Assembly: GCA_963667015.2 (NCBI GenBank) | Contig: CAXXJJ010000004.1 | Location: 928,001 to 992,000, forward strand | Source of the DNA: Desulfatiglandales bacterium | Lineage (GTDB): Bacteria > Desulfobacterota > DSM-4660 > Desulfatiglandales > HGW-15 | DNA: 64,000 nt | Reading direction: 5' to 3' | Shown: positions 1-11,072 of the stretch, one piece after another | Layout of the letters: each line of letters begins with the position of its first letter | How positions within the stretch are numbered: position 1 is the first letter of the stretch | Notes under the pieces: model-generated | What the model was told of the DNA's origin: nothing | Seen by the model: the letters and a program-made list of their open reading frames with translations, nothing else | The model's database searches: none | Position numbers and translations under genes: made by a program

Positions 1-1260
1 GTCATAATAATAGACAAACGCCTTGCCATCTCCCATGCGTGATTGAAGCCTGGCCCAGGCCCAGGTCGGCCACGCAAAGGCGAATTCGCGGAAAACATCG
101 GCCGATGCACGGGCCGCTTCCTCATCGGTTGAATGAGGGTAGGCATCCAGAATTATATCCGCCATCTCTCCATAACCGGATCGAAGCTGCTGTTCGAACT
201 GTTCCGGGGCGGAAGGGCCCCTCATGAATAATCCGCCTTCATTGGAATTGGTGCCTGCCAAAATCGGTGTGTCGTTGAACCGGCCTTTTTCATATAGTTC
301 GTAAGGATCTCCCGGAATCACATATCCATCAGCAACCGGCCAGAAACTGGCACCTCCGCCCATTCCTCCTCCGGTGGCTTTCTGGATCTCTTCGGCCGGC
401 AGAGCCCGCGCAGCTTTGATACTATCTACACCGAGTTTTTTAAGAAAACCCTCTCCCTCCGATTCCGCGAGGGTCAGCGCCGGGACATTCATTCCTGCCC
501 CTTCTACGATCCTCGGCGGGGCAAAAGAACCGCCGCTTTCGGAAATTGCTCGCTGGAAAAGCCCTTTAGCGGGCGGCGCGGCAGCCAGCATACCCACTGC
601 AATACCTCCCGCAGATTCGCCAAAGATAGTTACGCGCGACGGATCGCCTCCAAACCGGTCTATATTGTCCTTTACCCACTCAAGACCGGCTATCATATCC
701 TGAAGTCCATAAGTACCCGATCCCTTCCCACTTTCTGCACTAAGTTCCGGGTGTGCCATGAATCCGAAAACGCCAAGCCGGTAGGCAACACTAACAAGGA
801 CTACCCCTTTTTCGGCAAATTTTGTACCGTCAAACATGGGGGTCCCGGTCATTCCTCCTACGAATGCTCCGCCATGAATCCATACCATTACTGGCCGCTT
901 TTCATCGACCTTTTCAGCTCCGGTCCAGACATTAAGATAAAGGCAGTCCTCGCCGAAATTCGCAGGTGCACCCGTCATCGCGGCCATGCTCGAATCCTGC
1001 ATGCATCCCCGTGCGTATGTATCCGCACTTCTGACGCCAGTCCATGCCTCCGGAGACTGGGGAGATTTCCAGCGCAGATCGCCGACCGGAGGAGCCGCAA
1101 AGGGAATTCCCTTGTATGAAAGGATACCATCCTGCTCTACACCCTCGATAGTGCCTTCGGTCACCTTGACGGTTGTAGTCAGAGGTGGTGAACTGCATGC
1201 AAGGGTAAATAAGACAGAAACCATTAATACAATAAGACAGCTTGAATATTTAGATAGCAT
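1..1260 (-). CDS. Type-B carboxylesterase (pNB-esterase-like) lipoprotein; 3' end outside window
   Basis: Not in the ORF track. Manual translation gives MLSKYSSCLIVLMVSVLFTLACSS..KGIPFAAPPVGDLRW and nucleophile motif VTIFGESAGG (~600-635). AGGAG RBS at 1266-1270. Confidence 0.9.
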   Translation of the reverse strand, partial: MLSKYSSCLIVLMVSVLFTLACSSPPLTTTVKVTEGTIEGVEQDGILSYKGIPFAAPPVGDLRWKSPQSPEAWTGVRSADTYARGCMQDSSMAAMTGAPANFGEDCLYLNVWTGAEKVDEKRPVMVWIHGGAFVGGMTGTPMFDGTKFAEKGVVLVSVAYRLGVFGFMAHPELSAESGKGSGTYGLQDMIAGLEWVKDNIDRFGGDPSRVTIFGESAGGIAVGMLAAAPPAKGLFQRAISESGGSFAPPRIVEGAGMNVPALTLAESEGEGFLKKLGVDSIKAARALPAEEIQKATGGGMGGGASFWPVADGYVIPGDPYELYEKGRFNDTPILAGTNSNEGGLFMRGPSAPEQFEQQLRSGYGEMADIILDAYPHSTDEEAARASADVFREFAFAWPTWAWARLQSRMGDGKAFVYYYD

Positions 1261-1548
1261 CACTTCTCCTTATGATATAAAAGTTTCGCGCATGAACCAG
1301 CCGCTAATTTGATTTGATTTTTTGATAAGAAGTCCCTTTTTATGAAGTGAAGTATATGGAGTCAGAAATTGTATGTCAATAAGGAATCACCCGCCATATT
1401 GTTGAAATTATAAAATTTATTTTTGACCATGGAGGGAGATTACAGGATTGTCCCTGTTTTTACACATTGTCGGGTTTGTGTCGTTATCGTCCTGGATAGA
1501 CTATGATATATTGTGGTTTCAATAAATTTCCTGATGAGGTAAATTAGC

Positions 1549-2100
1549 GTGATAAAGAAGATGCGAATTTCTAAAGGTTGGTCGCAAGAGCAGTTAGCGC
1601 AGTTTAGCGGGCTAAGTGTCAGAACAATTCAGCGTATTGAGCGCGGGCATAATGCAGGATTAGAGTCTTTAAAGTGTCTTGCTGCGGTTTTTGAATTGGA
1701 CGTATCAATCCTGCAAAAAGAGAAATTTTCAGGGAATGAGCTTTTTTGGGGCGCTAACCCGATTTTACCGGTAACTGACGCTCATGAGACAGCCAGGTTT
1801 TATAAGGAGAAATTGGGATTCGAAATAGAAACTGTCTGGAACAATCCTCCTTATGCTGTTGTTGCCAGAGACCAGACAATTATTGAATTCGGCGAAAGAA
1901 GTAACAACCTTTCCGGTACAGGTGTTTGTGTAATTTTTGTAAGCGATGTGGATATTGTATATAAAGAATATTCAGACAGGCATATCGAGTTTCTTGGGGA
2001 TATAGCGGATCGGGAGTACGGCAGTCGTGATTTTCGTATAAAAGATAATAATGGCAATGTACTGATATTCAGCAGTCCGCTGATAAAGCAGCAGGAGTAA
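1549..2100 (+). CDS. XRE/HTH_3 regulator fused to a VOC (glyoxalase/bleomycin-resistance) domain
   Basis: N-term GWSQEQLAQFSGLSVRTIQRIERG; C-term PILPVTD..FYKEKLGF..REYGSRDFRIKDNNGNVLIF. Confidence 0.85.
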   Translation: MIKKMRISKGWSQEQLAQFSGLSVRTIQRIERGHNAGLESLKCLAAVFELDVSILQKEKFSGNELFWGANPILPVTDAHETARFYKEKLGFEIETVWNNPPYAVVARDQTIIEFGERSNNLSGTGVCVIFVSDVDIVYKEYSDRHIEFLGDIADREYGSRDFRIKDNNGNVLIFSSPLIKQQE

Positions 2101-2190
2101 AACAAAGCAGCAAACACTGTCTAAAAAATCCTGTTCTGCATTCATATTAATTGTCTATCCAACTGGTGGACACTTTAACTGGAGGAAAAG

Positions 2191-2370
2191 ATGTTTGGCC
2201 TTGGGCATATGGAACTAATAATTATCCTTGTGATTGTCTTGGTTATATTTGGGGCTGGCAAGCTTCCTGAAATAGGCAGCGGAATCGGGAAAGGTATAAG
2301 AAATTTTAAAAATGCAACACATGATCAGCCTGAAGAGATTTCCTGCAAGAAAGAAGATAAAAAAGCGTAA
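2191..2370 (+). CDS. tatA: Twin-arginine translocase TatA/E subunit (59 aa)
   Basis: Manual translation [42 protein letters not shown]..; GGAGG RBS; below the ORF-track size cutoff. Confidence 0.93.
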   Translation: MFGLGHMELIIILVIVLVIFGAGKLPEIGSGIGKGIRNFKNATHDQPEEISCKKEDKKA

Positions 2371-2401
2371 AGCAATAATATAAACGATTAAATTCAATTT
2401 A

Positions 2402-2590
2402 ATGCTGATGGCGATTCCTATATTGATTTTATACGAGGTCGGGATACTGGCATCGCGGTTTACTGCCAATAGAAAAGGGGAAAAAGATTCAATTAATGGA
2501 TCAGATCTGCTTCTGGCTCTTATCAGTATTCCTCTTATCCGCCAGATTATTACAGGATTTAAAAAAGAGTTAAACCAGGGACATTCATAA
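2402..2590 (+). pseudogene. Probable C-terminal remnant of tatC
   Basis: MLMAIPILILYEVGILASR resembles the last TatC helix (AxPxxxLYE); lies directly after tatA. Confidence 0.55.
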
Positions 2591-2601
2591 ACTTTTTTCA
2601 A

Positions 2602-2805
2602 TTATTTTTGCACTGTTTCCAGGATACTTTTGATTAATGAGGATATAATACATATTCCACCTGCTATTACTACTCCAACTCCTGCATATTTACGGCTATC
2701 GTTTATAAAATTGAGCATATGCCTTACAATGTATATACAGCCTGCACTTACTGCACAAATTGCAAGTATCAGTAATATCAATTTAAAGGCTTTCTTTAGG
2801 TTCAT
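2602..2805 (-). CDS. Small two-TM membrane protein
   Basis: 67 aa, two hydrophobic helices, GAGGAG RBS, immediately downstream of the MFS gene. Confidence 0.6.
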   Translation of the reverse strand: MNLKKAFKLILLILAICAVSAGCIYIVRHMLNFINDSRKYAGVGVVIAGGICIISSLIKSILETVQK

Positions 2806-2823
2806 GTTTTTATTCTCCTCTTT

Positions 2824-4179
2824 TTATTTTTCAGCCTCTTTCAATTGATTTGCTTCCATTATTTTTTCTACCTTATCGTCTGTGAGTGAATAAAAGCTCA
2901 TTGCAGATACAGCTATAACTCCGCAGACAATCGGTATATAGCAGATCATATTCATCAGGCTATTTATGAATTGATCTGTAACCTGCATATTAGGGTAATA
3001 ACCAATTATTTTTAATCCAAAGACCGCCACCGGTGTTGCCAGGGAAATTCCTATGACTGGAGATATTTTATGCACAGACATTATATAGGAAGTAACATCC
3101 TTGCCTGTTTTATAAAAGCCGAATTCAGATATATCCATATACATTGCCTGACGCATGAGTGTTAGAAGCCCTGTTAAAATTCCTCCGACATAAAGAATAC
3201 CTTTAAAAGTATAGGGGGATGATTCTCCGAATATACGCAGGAAAATAAGACACAGGACACTCAGCGAAATCAGAAACAGGTAAACTTTTTTCTTTCCAGA
3301 TTTTATTATTATGTAAGGTGCAGTCAGATAACCTATAAGTCCAATAAAAGCCAGCGCAGAAATTAGAAAATATACTTTGGCATCAGCAGCGCCAACATAC
3401 TTGTAATAATAGACAGCAAGTGCTGTAACAAAGGCTGAACCGAAGAATACCATACAGTCTGCAGCCATAAGGATCAAAAGCTGGCTGTTCCTGAATATCT
3501 GGGTAAACATATCCGCTATTGACATTTTTTTCGATGGACTGTTTATCTCAGGATCGTATTTCTCATAATCCCTGGTTTGATGAAAAAGGTTCCAGTATCC
3601 AAGGATTGGAACCACTGCCAGAATCAGCGCGGTATAAAAATATCCCCATTTACTATATCCAGCACCAAAATGTGTTAATAAAGGAATTATTGCTACAGAG
3701 AATATAACCTGGCCAACAATACCAAACTGGGTATTTCTCGCAGAAAGCCATAACCTTTCCGTTGCGTTTTTAGAAATGGAAATAAAACTCAGATGAGCTG
3801 TGAATAAGAGATTAAGACATAGATGAGCCAGTGCATAAGTAATAACTATCCAGGCAATTTTCATGCTGTAACTCATGGGCAGGTATGTAAACATGAGTAT
3901 GATAAACAGGCAGACTAATGCAGGCATAAATGAAAACCATGACCTGTAATGTCCCCAGCGCATCTGGATATTTTGTATTATTATACCTGATAATGGTATT
4001 GAAACAATATTGACAATCAGGTTGATAGACATAATAACAACCAGATGTCTCGAAGATATCATAAGCACATCTGTAAGGAAAAACGAATAATAGCTTGTCA
4101 ATAAGGTTATAATCAGTATGACTGAAAGATTTGCAAGACCATAACTGTAGATAACTTTTTGCGGCAGTCTGTTGTCCAT
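2824..4179 (-). CDS. MFS transporter, GPH (MelB-like) family
   Basis: ~12 TM; YSYG, RWGHYRSW and DISEFG motifs; C-term FYSLTDDKV. Confidence 0.85.
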   Translation of the reverse strand: MDNRLPQKVIYSYGLANLSVILIITLLTSYYSFFLTDVLMISSRHLVVIMSINLIVNIVSIPLSGIIIQNIQMRWGHYRSWFSFMPALVCLFIILMFTYLPMSYSMKIAWIVITYALAHLCLNLLFTAHLSFISISKNATERLWLSARNTQFGIVGQVIFSVAIIPLLTHFGAGYSKWGYFYTALILAVVPILGYWNLFHQTRDYEKYDPEINSPSKKMSIADMFTQIFRNSQLLILMAADCMVFFGSAFVTALAVYYYKYVGAADAKVYFLISALAFIGLIGYLTAPYIIIKSGKKKVYLFLISLSVLCLIFLRIFGESSPYTFKGILYVGGILTGLLTLMRQAMYMDISEFGFYKTGKDVTSYIMSVHKISPVIGISLATPVAVFGLKIIGYYPNMQVTDQFINSLMNMICYIPIVCGVIAVSAMSFYSLTDDKVEKIMEANQLKEAEK

Positions 4180-4761
4180 TTTAGTTGTCTCCTGTTAATC
4201 AGGATTTAGCAGCTTTTTTCCTTACTCACCATTACAGGCGCTATAAAGTATGTAGCGGTCGCTACAAAAGGTAATAAAAAAGCAACATACCAGATACAGA
4301 AAAGTATTTCCCAATTATTTGTAATAATTTCTATTTTGAATACTACAATTAAGGAATGGTGAAAATAGCTGAAATCATTATCTTTTCCATATACAAATGG
4401 AATGTTTTATGAAAACATCAAATTTTTATCTTTTCTTTGATAAAATTAATTTGGTCTGATATTATTAATTATTAAAACAGATATTCAAAGATCAGGACCT
4501 GATACGATAAAACTATCTGCGGCACATTAATTTGCAGTTCATACCACGAAATTTCTAGCATAAAACAGCCATTTTATTCATTACGTCGGTTTTATTTGCG
4601 GCATATACTTTCGTACATATATCTGTCATTCCTTTGTCAAACCAGGCACGCTGATAAATAGTATGGAATCTACTCCTGTATAATCATACTTCCTCATGAT
4701 TATAGCAGGTTCTCAAAAGACTTTGATAATAGCGTTATAACCTTTAAAAAGGAGATAAATC

Positions 4762-6567
4762 ATGTCTTTTATAATTCGCGGAAATATTAGTGAGGAAATT
4801 GATTACAAGACCTGGACCTTCAGGACAGAAGCAGACCGGGAAAACCCCTTTATGACCCAGGTGTTTAATGATCTTAAAGAGCAGGGATCCATCCTTGAAC
4901 TGTTTAAGGTATATAAAGATGTATTAGACAGAAGTTCAGATAACGATGACCCGGTATATGCAAAGCTGGCTGCTTTGTTTGATGCGGCCAAGACACCTGA
5001 GGTTATGCAGGGACATTATTACGGCATCACTCTGGGGGTGCGCGCAGGCAATATGCCTGAATCCATGGCCCAGTATGGAAATGTTCTGGGTTTGATATGG
5101 GGAAGTACACTATCCAATGAGTGCCCGTGGGTGGGAAAAAGTCTGTCGCCCATAGAATCTTCTAATATAAAAGCGATTACAGGTCAGGACACTGCATCTC
5201 AACCAATCATGCTGGGCATTAACCATTTTAACCGTATTCACACACGCGTTCTAAATCCAGTGGCTTTTCAGTTTCTCAATTCGTGGATGGACCTGCATCC
5301 AGCTCCTCAGGAAGAACAGGATGCATACAACTGGGAGAAAAACGGCGCCTATTTTACAGGGAATCACGCGTCATCAGTCAATCCTAAATCTCCCCGTCCG
5401 GTGTTTCAACTGAATTATCGATACAAACCGCTGGCGAACCGGGTGCCCAATTGCTGGCTGATTGATGAATTGGTTGAGATCTCCCCTGGTCTTTTTCTGG
5501 GGCAACTTTGCTATGCAACACGCAAACTGCTGAATGATTATGACCCTGAGAGACCGGCCCAATATTATCAGTATCAGAATTTTGGTTATTTTCTATTGCT
5601 TGACAAATACTGGCATAGTGAAGCACGAAGACTTTTTCCATATCTGGAGATTCCGCCTGATGCACCCGGTATGAAGGTTCCAAAAATAACTGAAACCCTG
5701 CTCCAGCCAGGATTCAATACCTTTACCTTTCAGGAACCGCCTTTGCCCATTTGTAATGATGAGCTGTTGAAACAGACAAGGGCGGAGGCAGGACAATATC
5801 CAACTATCCTTCATTATATGAAAAACTGTTCTCTATCACTGCAGGATAAAATGTCTAACGATTCTCCTTACTTTTCACAGTTAGGAGAGCTGTTTAACCG
5901 GGGCATTACCCCTGAAACAATGGATGGTTTCTACCACGGAGCATTAGTGGGCTGGCATTCGGAAGGGATCTTTGACCTGTTTGGTGCCAACACCATTAAC
6001 ATGATGAATACCCATATCGGCGCTCCATTTTCAACCTGGACAGGTAAACGTTTTGATCCAATAGCCACGGAACGTCTGAAAGAGATTACCGATGGATATG
6101 AAACAGGGCAGCTGCCAACTGTATGGGGCTCAAATACCCAGGCCCTTCGCACCCTGAAGGAGCGCTTTGTAGGCCGCATGATGAACCTGGCAAATATCCG
6201 ATCCGAAGAGGCGACACAGGAAGAGAAAATCAAGCTGGGCTATGATCTGAAAAATTTCTTCTTCATTGCACATAAGGCACAATCTGTCTATTCCCAGAGT
6301 GTCGGGAAAGAGGTATTTCAATTTAACTATCGCTGGCCAAAACTGGAAACCATTATTCCCGATTGTTACTGCATTGATGAAATGGTGCAAATAGCTCAGG
6401 GCCTGTTTCTCGGAAGGCTCATGTATGCCACAAATGTTGTTGAACCATACGATCCATACAAAGATCCGTCAGTCTATGAATACGGGATGTTTGGTTATTT
6501 CCTGCTGATGGACAGGAAATGGCAGCAGATCAGATTGTCCATAGGGTATGACCTTCATAACGTTTAA
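4762..6567 (+). CDS. Hypothetical protein with two tandem homologous domains
   Basis: 601 aa, AGGAG RBS; repeated WxGK...NYR..IDE(L/M)VxI..GLFLG..YAT...FGYFLL. Confidence 0.8.
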   Translation: MSFIIRGNISEEIDYKTWTFRTEADRENPFMTQVFNDLKEQGSILELFKVYKDVLDRSSDNDDPVYAKLAALFDAAKTPEVMQGHYYGITLGVRAGNMPESMAQYGNVLGLIWGSTLSNECPWVGKSLSPIESSNIKAITGQDTASQPIMLGINHFNRIHTRVLNPVAFQFLNSWMDLHPAPQEEQDAYNWEKNGAYFTGNHASSVNPKSPRPVFQLNYRYKPLANRVPNCWLIDELVEISPGLFLGQLCYATRKLLNDYDPERPAQYYQYQNFGYFLLLDKYWHSEARRLFPYLEIPPDAPGMKVPKITETLLQPGFNTFTFQEPPLPICNDELLKQTRAEAGQYPTILHYMKNCSLSLQDKMSNDSPYFSQLGELFNRGITPETMDGFYHGALVGWHSEGIFDLFGANTINMMNTHIGAPFSTWTGKRFDPIATERLKEITDGYETGQLPTVWGSNTQALRTLKERFVGRMMNLANIRSEEATQEEKIKLGYDLKNFFFIAHKAQSVYSQSVGKEVFQFNYRWPKLETIIPDCYCIDEMVQIAQGLFLGRLMYATNVVEPYDPYKDPSVYEYGMFGYFLLMDRKWQQIRLSIGYDLHNV

Positions 6568-6586
6568 TTTGTAAGAGAGGTGATAT

Positions 6587-8473
6587 ATGGAAAGAAAAAT
6601 ATCAGAGATAGACTTTTCCGGTCTGATTAAAAAGAAATTTTATCCGTCACCCGCAGCCTGGGAGGATGAAGTCTTATACTTCCTGATGGTTGATCGGTTT
6701 TCTGACGGAGAAGAGAACCAGTATCTTGATAATCAGGGTAACATGATAACTGACGGATCAACGCCGCCTTTTAAACTTGAGGATCGTTGTAATGCAACGA
6801 GAACTGATGAAGACAGAAAAAAGTGGTTTGATGCAGGAAGTACATTTGTTGGCGGAAAAATCAAAGGCATAGAATCAAAACTCGGATACTTAAAGCGTCT
6901 TGGTATTACTGCCATATGGATAAGCCCAATTTTCAAACAGGTTGCTTTTGAAGGGACCTATCACGGGTATGGTATCCAGAATTTCATGGATGTGGATCCT
7001 CATTTTGGTAACCGTGATGAACTGGCATCCATGGTCCGGACTGCACATTCGCATGGCATCCGGGTCATCCTGGATATAATACTGAACCACAGCGGAGATG
7101 TTTTTGCCTACAATCCTGAAGAGTACAAATGTGATATTCGTGATAATGACGGGAATGTAAAAGGAAAAGAGGCATGCTGGCAGATGGACAGAAGCACCTA
7201 TGGTGTAAAGGGATTTAGAGATCGGTCTGGCAATCCTTCCCTGCCCTTTGGCCCTGTGCCTGAAACTGAATTTCCTGACGGCGCAGTATGGCCTGCTGAA
7301 ATGCAGAATCCTGCTGCCTTCAGCAGGCGTGGGTGTATCAGAAATTTTGATTTTGATCCGGAATTCCGTGAAGGAGATTTCTTTTCACTAAAGGATATAA
7401 ACCTCGGAAACGGTGCAGTTGATAACTTTTATCCTTCGCAGGCCCTATTTAACCTGTGTGAGGTATACAAATTCTGGATTGCATTTGCTGATATCGACGG
7501 ATTCAGGGTGGATACGGTAAAGCATATGGATGATGGTGCGAGCCGCATTTTTACATCTGCTATCCATGAATTTGCCCAGAGCATAGGAAAAGAAAATTTC
7601 TACCTTATAGCAGAAATCACAGGAGGACGTGAAAACGCATTCAATACCCTTCAGGAGATTGGTATGAATGCGGCTCTGGGCATAAATGATATACCGGATA
7701 AACTCGAATATCTCGTTAAAGGATATCGTGATCCTGAATGGTACTTTGATCTGTTCAGGAACTCTATCCTCGTAAACAAGGAATCCCATACATGGTTTAA
7801 AAACAAGGTTGTGACAACCTTTGATGACCACGACCAGGTGCGAAAGGGTGGAAACAAAGCACGTTTTTGTCATGATGAAGGCCCGGGTCAGAAAGATAAT
7901 TATAAAATGATACTGAATGCCCTTGCTTTAAATGCCACTACCATGGGAATTCCCTGCATATATTATGGATCGGAACAGTGTTTTGACGGTCATGGTGATA
8001 ACGACCGCTATTTAAGGGAAGCCATGTTTGGTGGAAATTTCGGTGCCTTTGAAAGCAAAGAATGTCATTTTTTCAATGAAGACAATGATGTCTATAAAGA
8101 ATTGAACAGGATTTTAGAGATAAGAAAAAACAGTATAATAATAAGGCGTGGGCGTCAGTATCTACGTTCTATATCAGGAGATGGTATTAATTTTGGTCTG
8201 CCCCGGATGATTGGAGGAGTGATTCGGTCAGTGGTTCCATGGTCAAGGATTTTTAACAATAAAGAAGTGCTTCTAGCGATAAATACGGATTACAATGAAC
8301 CCAAGAGTGCATGGGTTACCGTAGATAATGGTTTACATTCTGCCCGAGATACCATGACCTGTATTTACTCTACAGATTCACTGCAGAGAAATTCCAGTGT
8401 AAATATAGAAGATCGAAACGGAAAAGCCATTTATATCACTGTGCCGGCTGCCGGATTCGTTATATTTGAATAG
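6587..8473 (+). CDS. GH13 alpha-amylase family glycosidase
   Basis: YFLMVDRF, YHGY, DIILNH, DGFRVDTVKH, AEI, DDHD, GIPCIYYGSEQ. Confidence 0.92.
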   Translation: MERKISEIDFSGLIKKKFYPSPAAWEDEVLYFLMVDRFSDGEENQYLDNQGNMITDGSTPPFKLEDRCNATRTDEDRKKWFDAGSTFVGGKIKGIESKLGYLKRLGITAIWISPIFKQVAFEGTYHGYGIQNFMDVDPHFGNRDELASMVRTAHSHGIRVILDIILNHSGDVFAYNPEEYKCDIRDNDGNVKGKEACWQMDRSTYGVKGFRDRSGNPSLPFGPVPETEFPDGAVWPAEMQNPAAFSRRGCIRNFDFDPEFREGDFFSLKDINLGNGAVDNFYPSQALFNLCEVYKFWIAFADIDGFRVDTVKHMDDGASRIFTSAIHEFAQSIGKENFYLIAEITGGRENAFNTLQEIGMNAALGINDIPDKLEYLVKGYRDPEWYFDLFRNSILVNKESHTWFKNKVVTTFDDHDQVRKGGNKARFCHDEGPGQKDNYKMILNALALNATTMGIPCIYYGSEQCFDGHGDNDRYLREAMFGGNFGAFESKECHFFNEDNDVYKELNRILEIRKNSIIIRRGRQYLRSISGDGINFGLPRMIGGVIRSVVPWSRIFNNKEVLLAINTDYNEPKSAWVTVDNGLHSARDTMTCIYSTDSLQRNSSVNIEDRNGKAIYITVPAAGFVIFE

Positions 8474-9178
8474 AAGTATTATCTATTTGACAATTAAAAG
8501 GTTCTCCGGGAGAAGGCAAATGTTAAAGTTCTTGAGCATTATTCTGTTAAGTTTTATAATTGCTAAATTCGCATCAATTCATAATCAATCAGTTGAACTT
8601 TCCGAAAATTCAGTATAAAGGGGGCAAATCTCCTAATAGCTTTTGATAATTATTTTAATGAGCTAATCGGACCCTTTTATTACATCTCTATTCTTCAAGC
8701 AGTGTTGCGGTGCATGATATGCCAGATGAAGGTTACACACCTTTTATTGAAATGGCAATTACAGAAGAAGTACCTCTTATAACAGGAAACATAAAGCATT
8801 TTCCATAACAATTGAGAAAAGGATGTACAGTTATCTCTCCTGCAAAATTTCTCAAAAAGTATTTTTAGCTTTTCTTCTGTGCCGGCATTCACTTTTTTGG
8901 ACTTATGTCGTGTTAACGATATACCGTCTTAAGGTGCCATTTCGACAAATGGAGAAATCTTTTTTCCCTCTTTCCTATTTTCTGATTCCTCTTTTCCTGC
9001 TTTCCCTTTCAGCTCTTTTTCCCTTGCTTTTTAAGCTTGGATATTTTACCCAGTTAGATCAGCATAGCCCCGATAAACCGGAGACAGTTCTAAAAAATTT
9101 TTAATATTGAATTAAGTAAATCCCTATAAATTACATTGTAATTCCTAATATAAACCATTCTTTTATAGGAGAAATGCC

Positions 9179-10477
9179 ATGTATATGAAAACAGGAACAA
9201 TAAAATATCCGACCAAATTTTTTTCCGGAAGGACCGCTGTTATTTTATTATCTGTGCTCTTAATATGTTTTTCCAGCATGATCGGAGCCGCAGATCGGGA
9301 TACCGCAAATAAAACCTGGATTGCCTCCTGGGGTGCAAGCCCAACGACTTTTATATCTTTTGATAACAGTTCCCCTCCGGAACCTATTGATAATCAGACT
9401 ATCCGCCAAATCGTACGCATAAGCCAAGGCGGTGAAAAGTTACGGGTACGGTTCTCCAATGAATTCGGCGACTCAACACTCAATATCGGCGCAGCGGCAA
9501 TTGCAATTGTAGACAGTGAATCCACTATTAAACCCGGATCCTCAAAAAAATTGACTTTCGGCGGAGCCGATTCCATTACTATCCCGCCAGGCGCGCCGAT
9601 ATTAAGCGATCCTGTTGATTTTCCAACCACGGCATTGAGTACACTGGCAGTCAGCATATACCTGCCTGAGAAGACCAAAATTAGCAGTATCCATGCAGGA
9701 CGCATTGCCTATATTTCTTCCAGCGGAGATTTTACACTGTCTCCAAAACTGAACGATGCAGTTAAGACGGCAACTATGGCCTTTATGACAGGTATCTATG
9801 TCACAGCCCCAAAAGATACCGGGGTTATTGTTGCCCTTGGAGATTCCATAACCGACGGGTCAGCATCCACACCCTACACATTTAATAACTGGCCGCAGGA
9901 TCTTGCAGAACGTCTTGCAAAAAGGAAAGGCAGAAACAGAGGCATGGCAGTGGTAAATCAGGGGATCGCGGGAAACCAGTTGCTTCGTAGCGGTGCAGGA
10001 GACAGTACTCTGGTTCGCTTCGACCGGGATGTTCTGTCCACTCCGGGATTGTCTCATATCATCGTGTTAATAGGCATCAACGATATCGGCAGCGGTGGTA
10101 TGCAGTTTCCAGGGATAACAGGACCTGCTCCTGCAATGAGAACCCCTGAAGAGCTGATTGCCGGCTATCGGCAGTTGATTGCACGCGCTCATACATTCTC
10201 TCCATCGGTGAAAATTTACGGTGCAACATTAACTCCTTTTGAAGGAACCTTTGAGGGATACTATTCACCGAAAAAAGATAAAATACGAGAGGCGGTCAAC
10301 AAATGGATCAGGACCAGTGGAGAATTCGATGCTGTAATTGATTTCGATAAAGCGGTCCAGGATCCAAAGCATCCCTCAAAAATGGCGCCGGAATATGATT
10401 CCGGAGATAAACTCCATCCCGGCGATACCGGATACAGAAAAATGGCAGATTCTATTGACCTAATGTTGTTTAAATAG
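9179..10477 (+). CDS. Secreted SGNH/GDSL hydrolase
   Basis: Signal peptide; GDSITDG, GIAGN, IGIND, DKLHP. Confidence 0.92.
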   Translation: MYMKTGTIKYPTKFFSGRTAVILLSVLLICFSSMIGAADRDTANKTWIASWGASPTTFISFDNSSPPEPIDNQTIRQIVRISQGGEKLRVRFSNEFGDSTLNIGAAAIAIVDSESTIKPGSSKKLTFGGADSITIPPGAPILSDPVDFPTTALSTLAVSIYLPEKTKISSIHAGRIAYISSSGDFTLSPKLNDAVKTATMAFMTGIYVTAPKDTGVIVALGDSITDGSASTPYTFNNWPQDLAERLAKRKGRNRGMAVVNQGIAGNQLLRSGAGDSTLVRFDRDVLSTPGLSHIIVLIGINDIGSGGMQFPGITGPAPAMRTPEELIAGYRQLIARAHTFSPSVKIYGATLTPFEGTFEGYYSPKKDKIREAVNKWIRTSGEFDAVIDFDKAVQDPKHPSKMAPEYDSGDKLHPGDTGYRKMADSIDLMLFK

Positions 10478-10651
10478 TTTTGGAATAGAGATATGATACG
10501 GATATAAAATGAGATGATTGAAATAATTGACTCGTAAAAAGGGGATGTCGGAGCATATCACAAAATGTGACATCCTCTACTATTTAATATGAGTCATTGG
10601 TAGCCCCATATCCCTGTATTTACATAGTTGATAGTATAGAAAGAGGCTATT

Positions 10652-10840
10652 ATGAAAAAGCTTAAATATGGAATATCAATTTTCCTGGTAATAGTCATTG
10701 TCGGCCTTGTTTTCCGTTCTCGTAATCAAGCGCATATGTTAACTCATAACCCAAAACCAGATCGATTGCCTATCACATTTTCACCTTCCGACATAGGCTT
10801 GGCATAAAAAGAAGTAACGGTTACAAACGATGTTAATAAT
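10652..10840 (+). pseudogene. Truncated N-terminus of a membrane-anchored alpha/beta hydrolase
   Basis: MKKLKYGISIFLVIVIVGLVF..SPSDIGLA*KEVTVT; in-frame TAA (10805-10807) where the P-x-D-x-G-L-x-Y-E-x-V motif expects Tyr; frame then degenerates. Confidence 0.5.
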
Positions 10841-10850
10841 GATGCTTTGC

Positions 10851-10892
10851 GTGAAAGCACCGGGGTCGAAAGCACCGGCCCTTGACTGTGAC
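10851..10892. repeat. GGGGTC..CCTTGAC-type intergenic repeat with duplicated GAAAGCACCGG
   Basis: gaaagcaccgg at 10853 and 10868, then cccttgactgtgac; related to the copies at 13788 and 17903. Confidence 0.5.
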
Positions 10893-11072
10893 GTTTAAGT
10901 GCTATCTTCAGGTAATAAATGTTTTAATGGGTGACCTCGGTCTATTCACACAGTGGCTTGATTCGCTATCTTATAGCAAGCGAAATGCTGCATTGGCGTA
11001 ATATGCCATTGCCAATTAAAGGTTAAATTATGTAACACTCTGATATTCAACCTAAATATGAACTTAATCCTT

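Noticed and set aside
39..1312. Plus-strand ORFs in the first 1.3 kb
   Set aside because: Antisense shadows of the minus-strand carboxylesterase.
8695..9104. Short ORFs upstream of the SGNH gene
   Set aside because: Low-complexity pyrimidine-rich sequence with no motif I can support.
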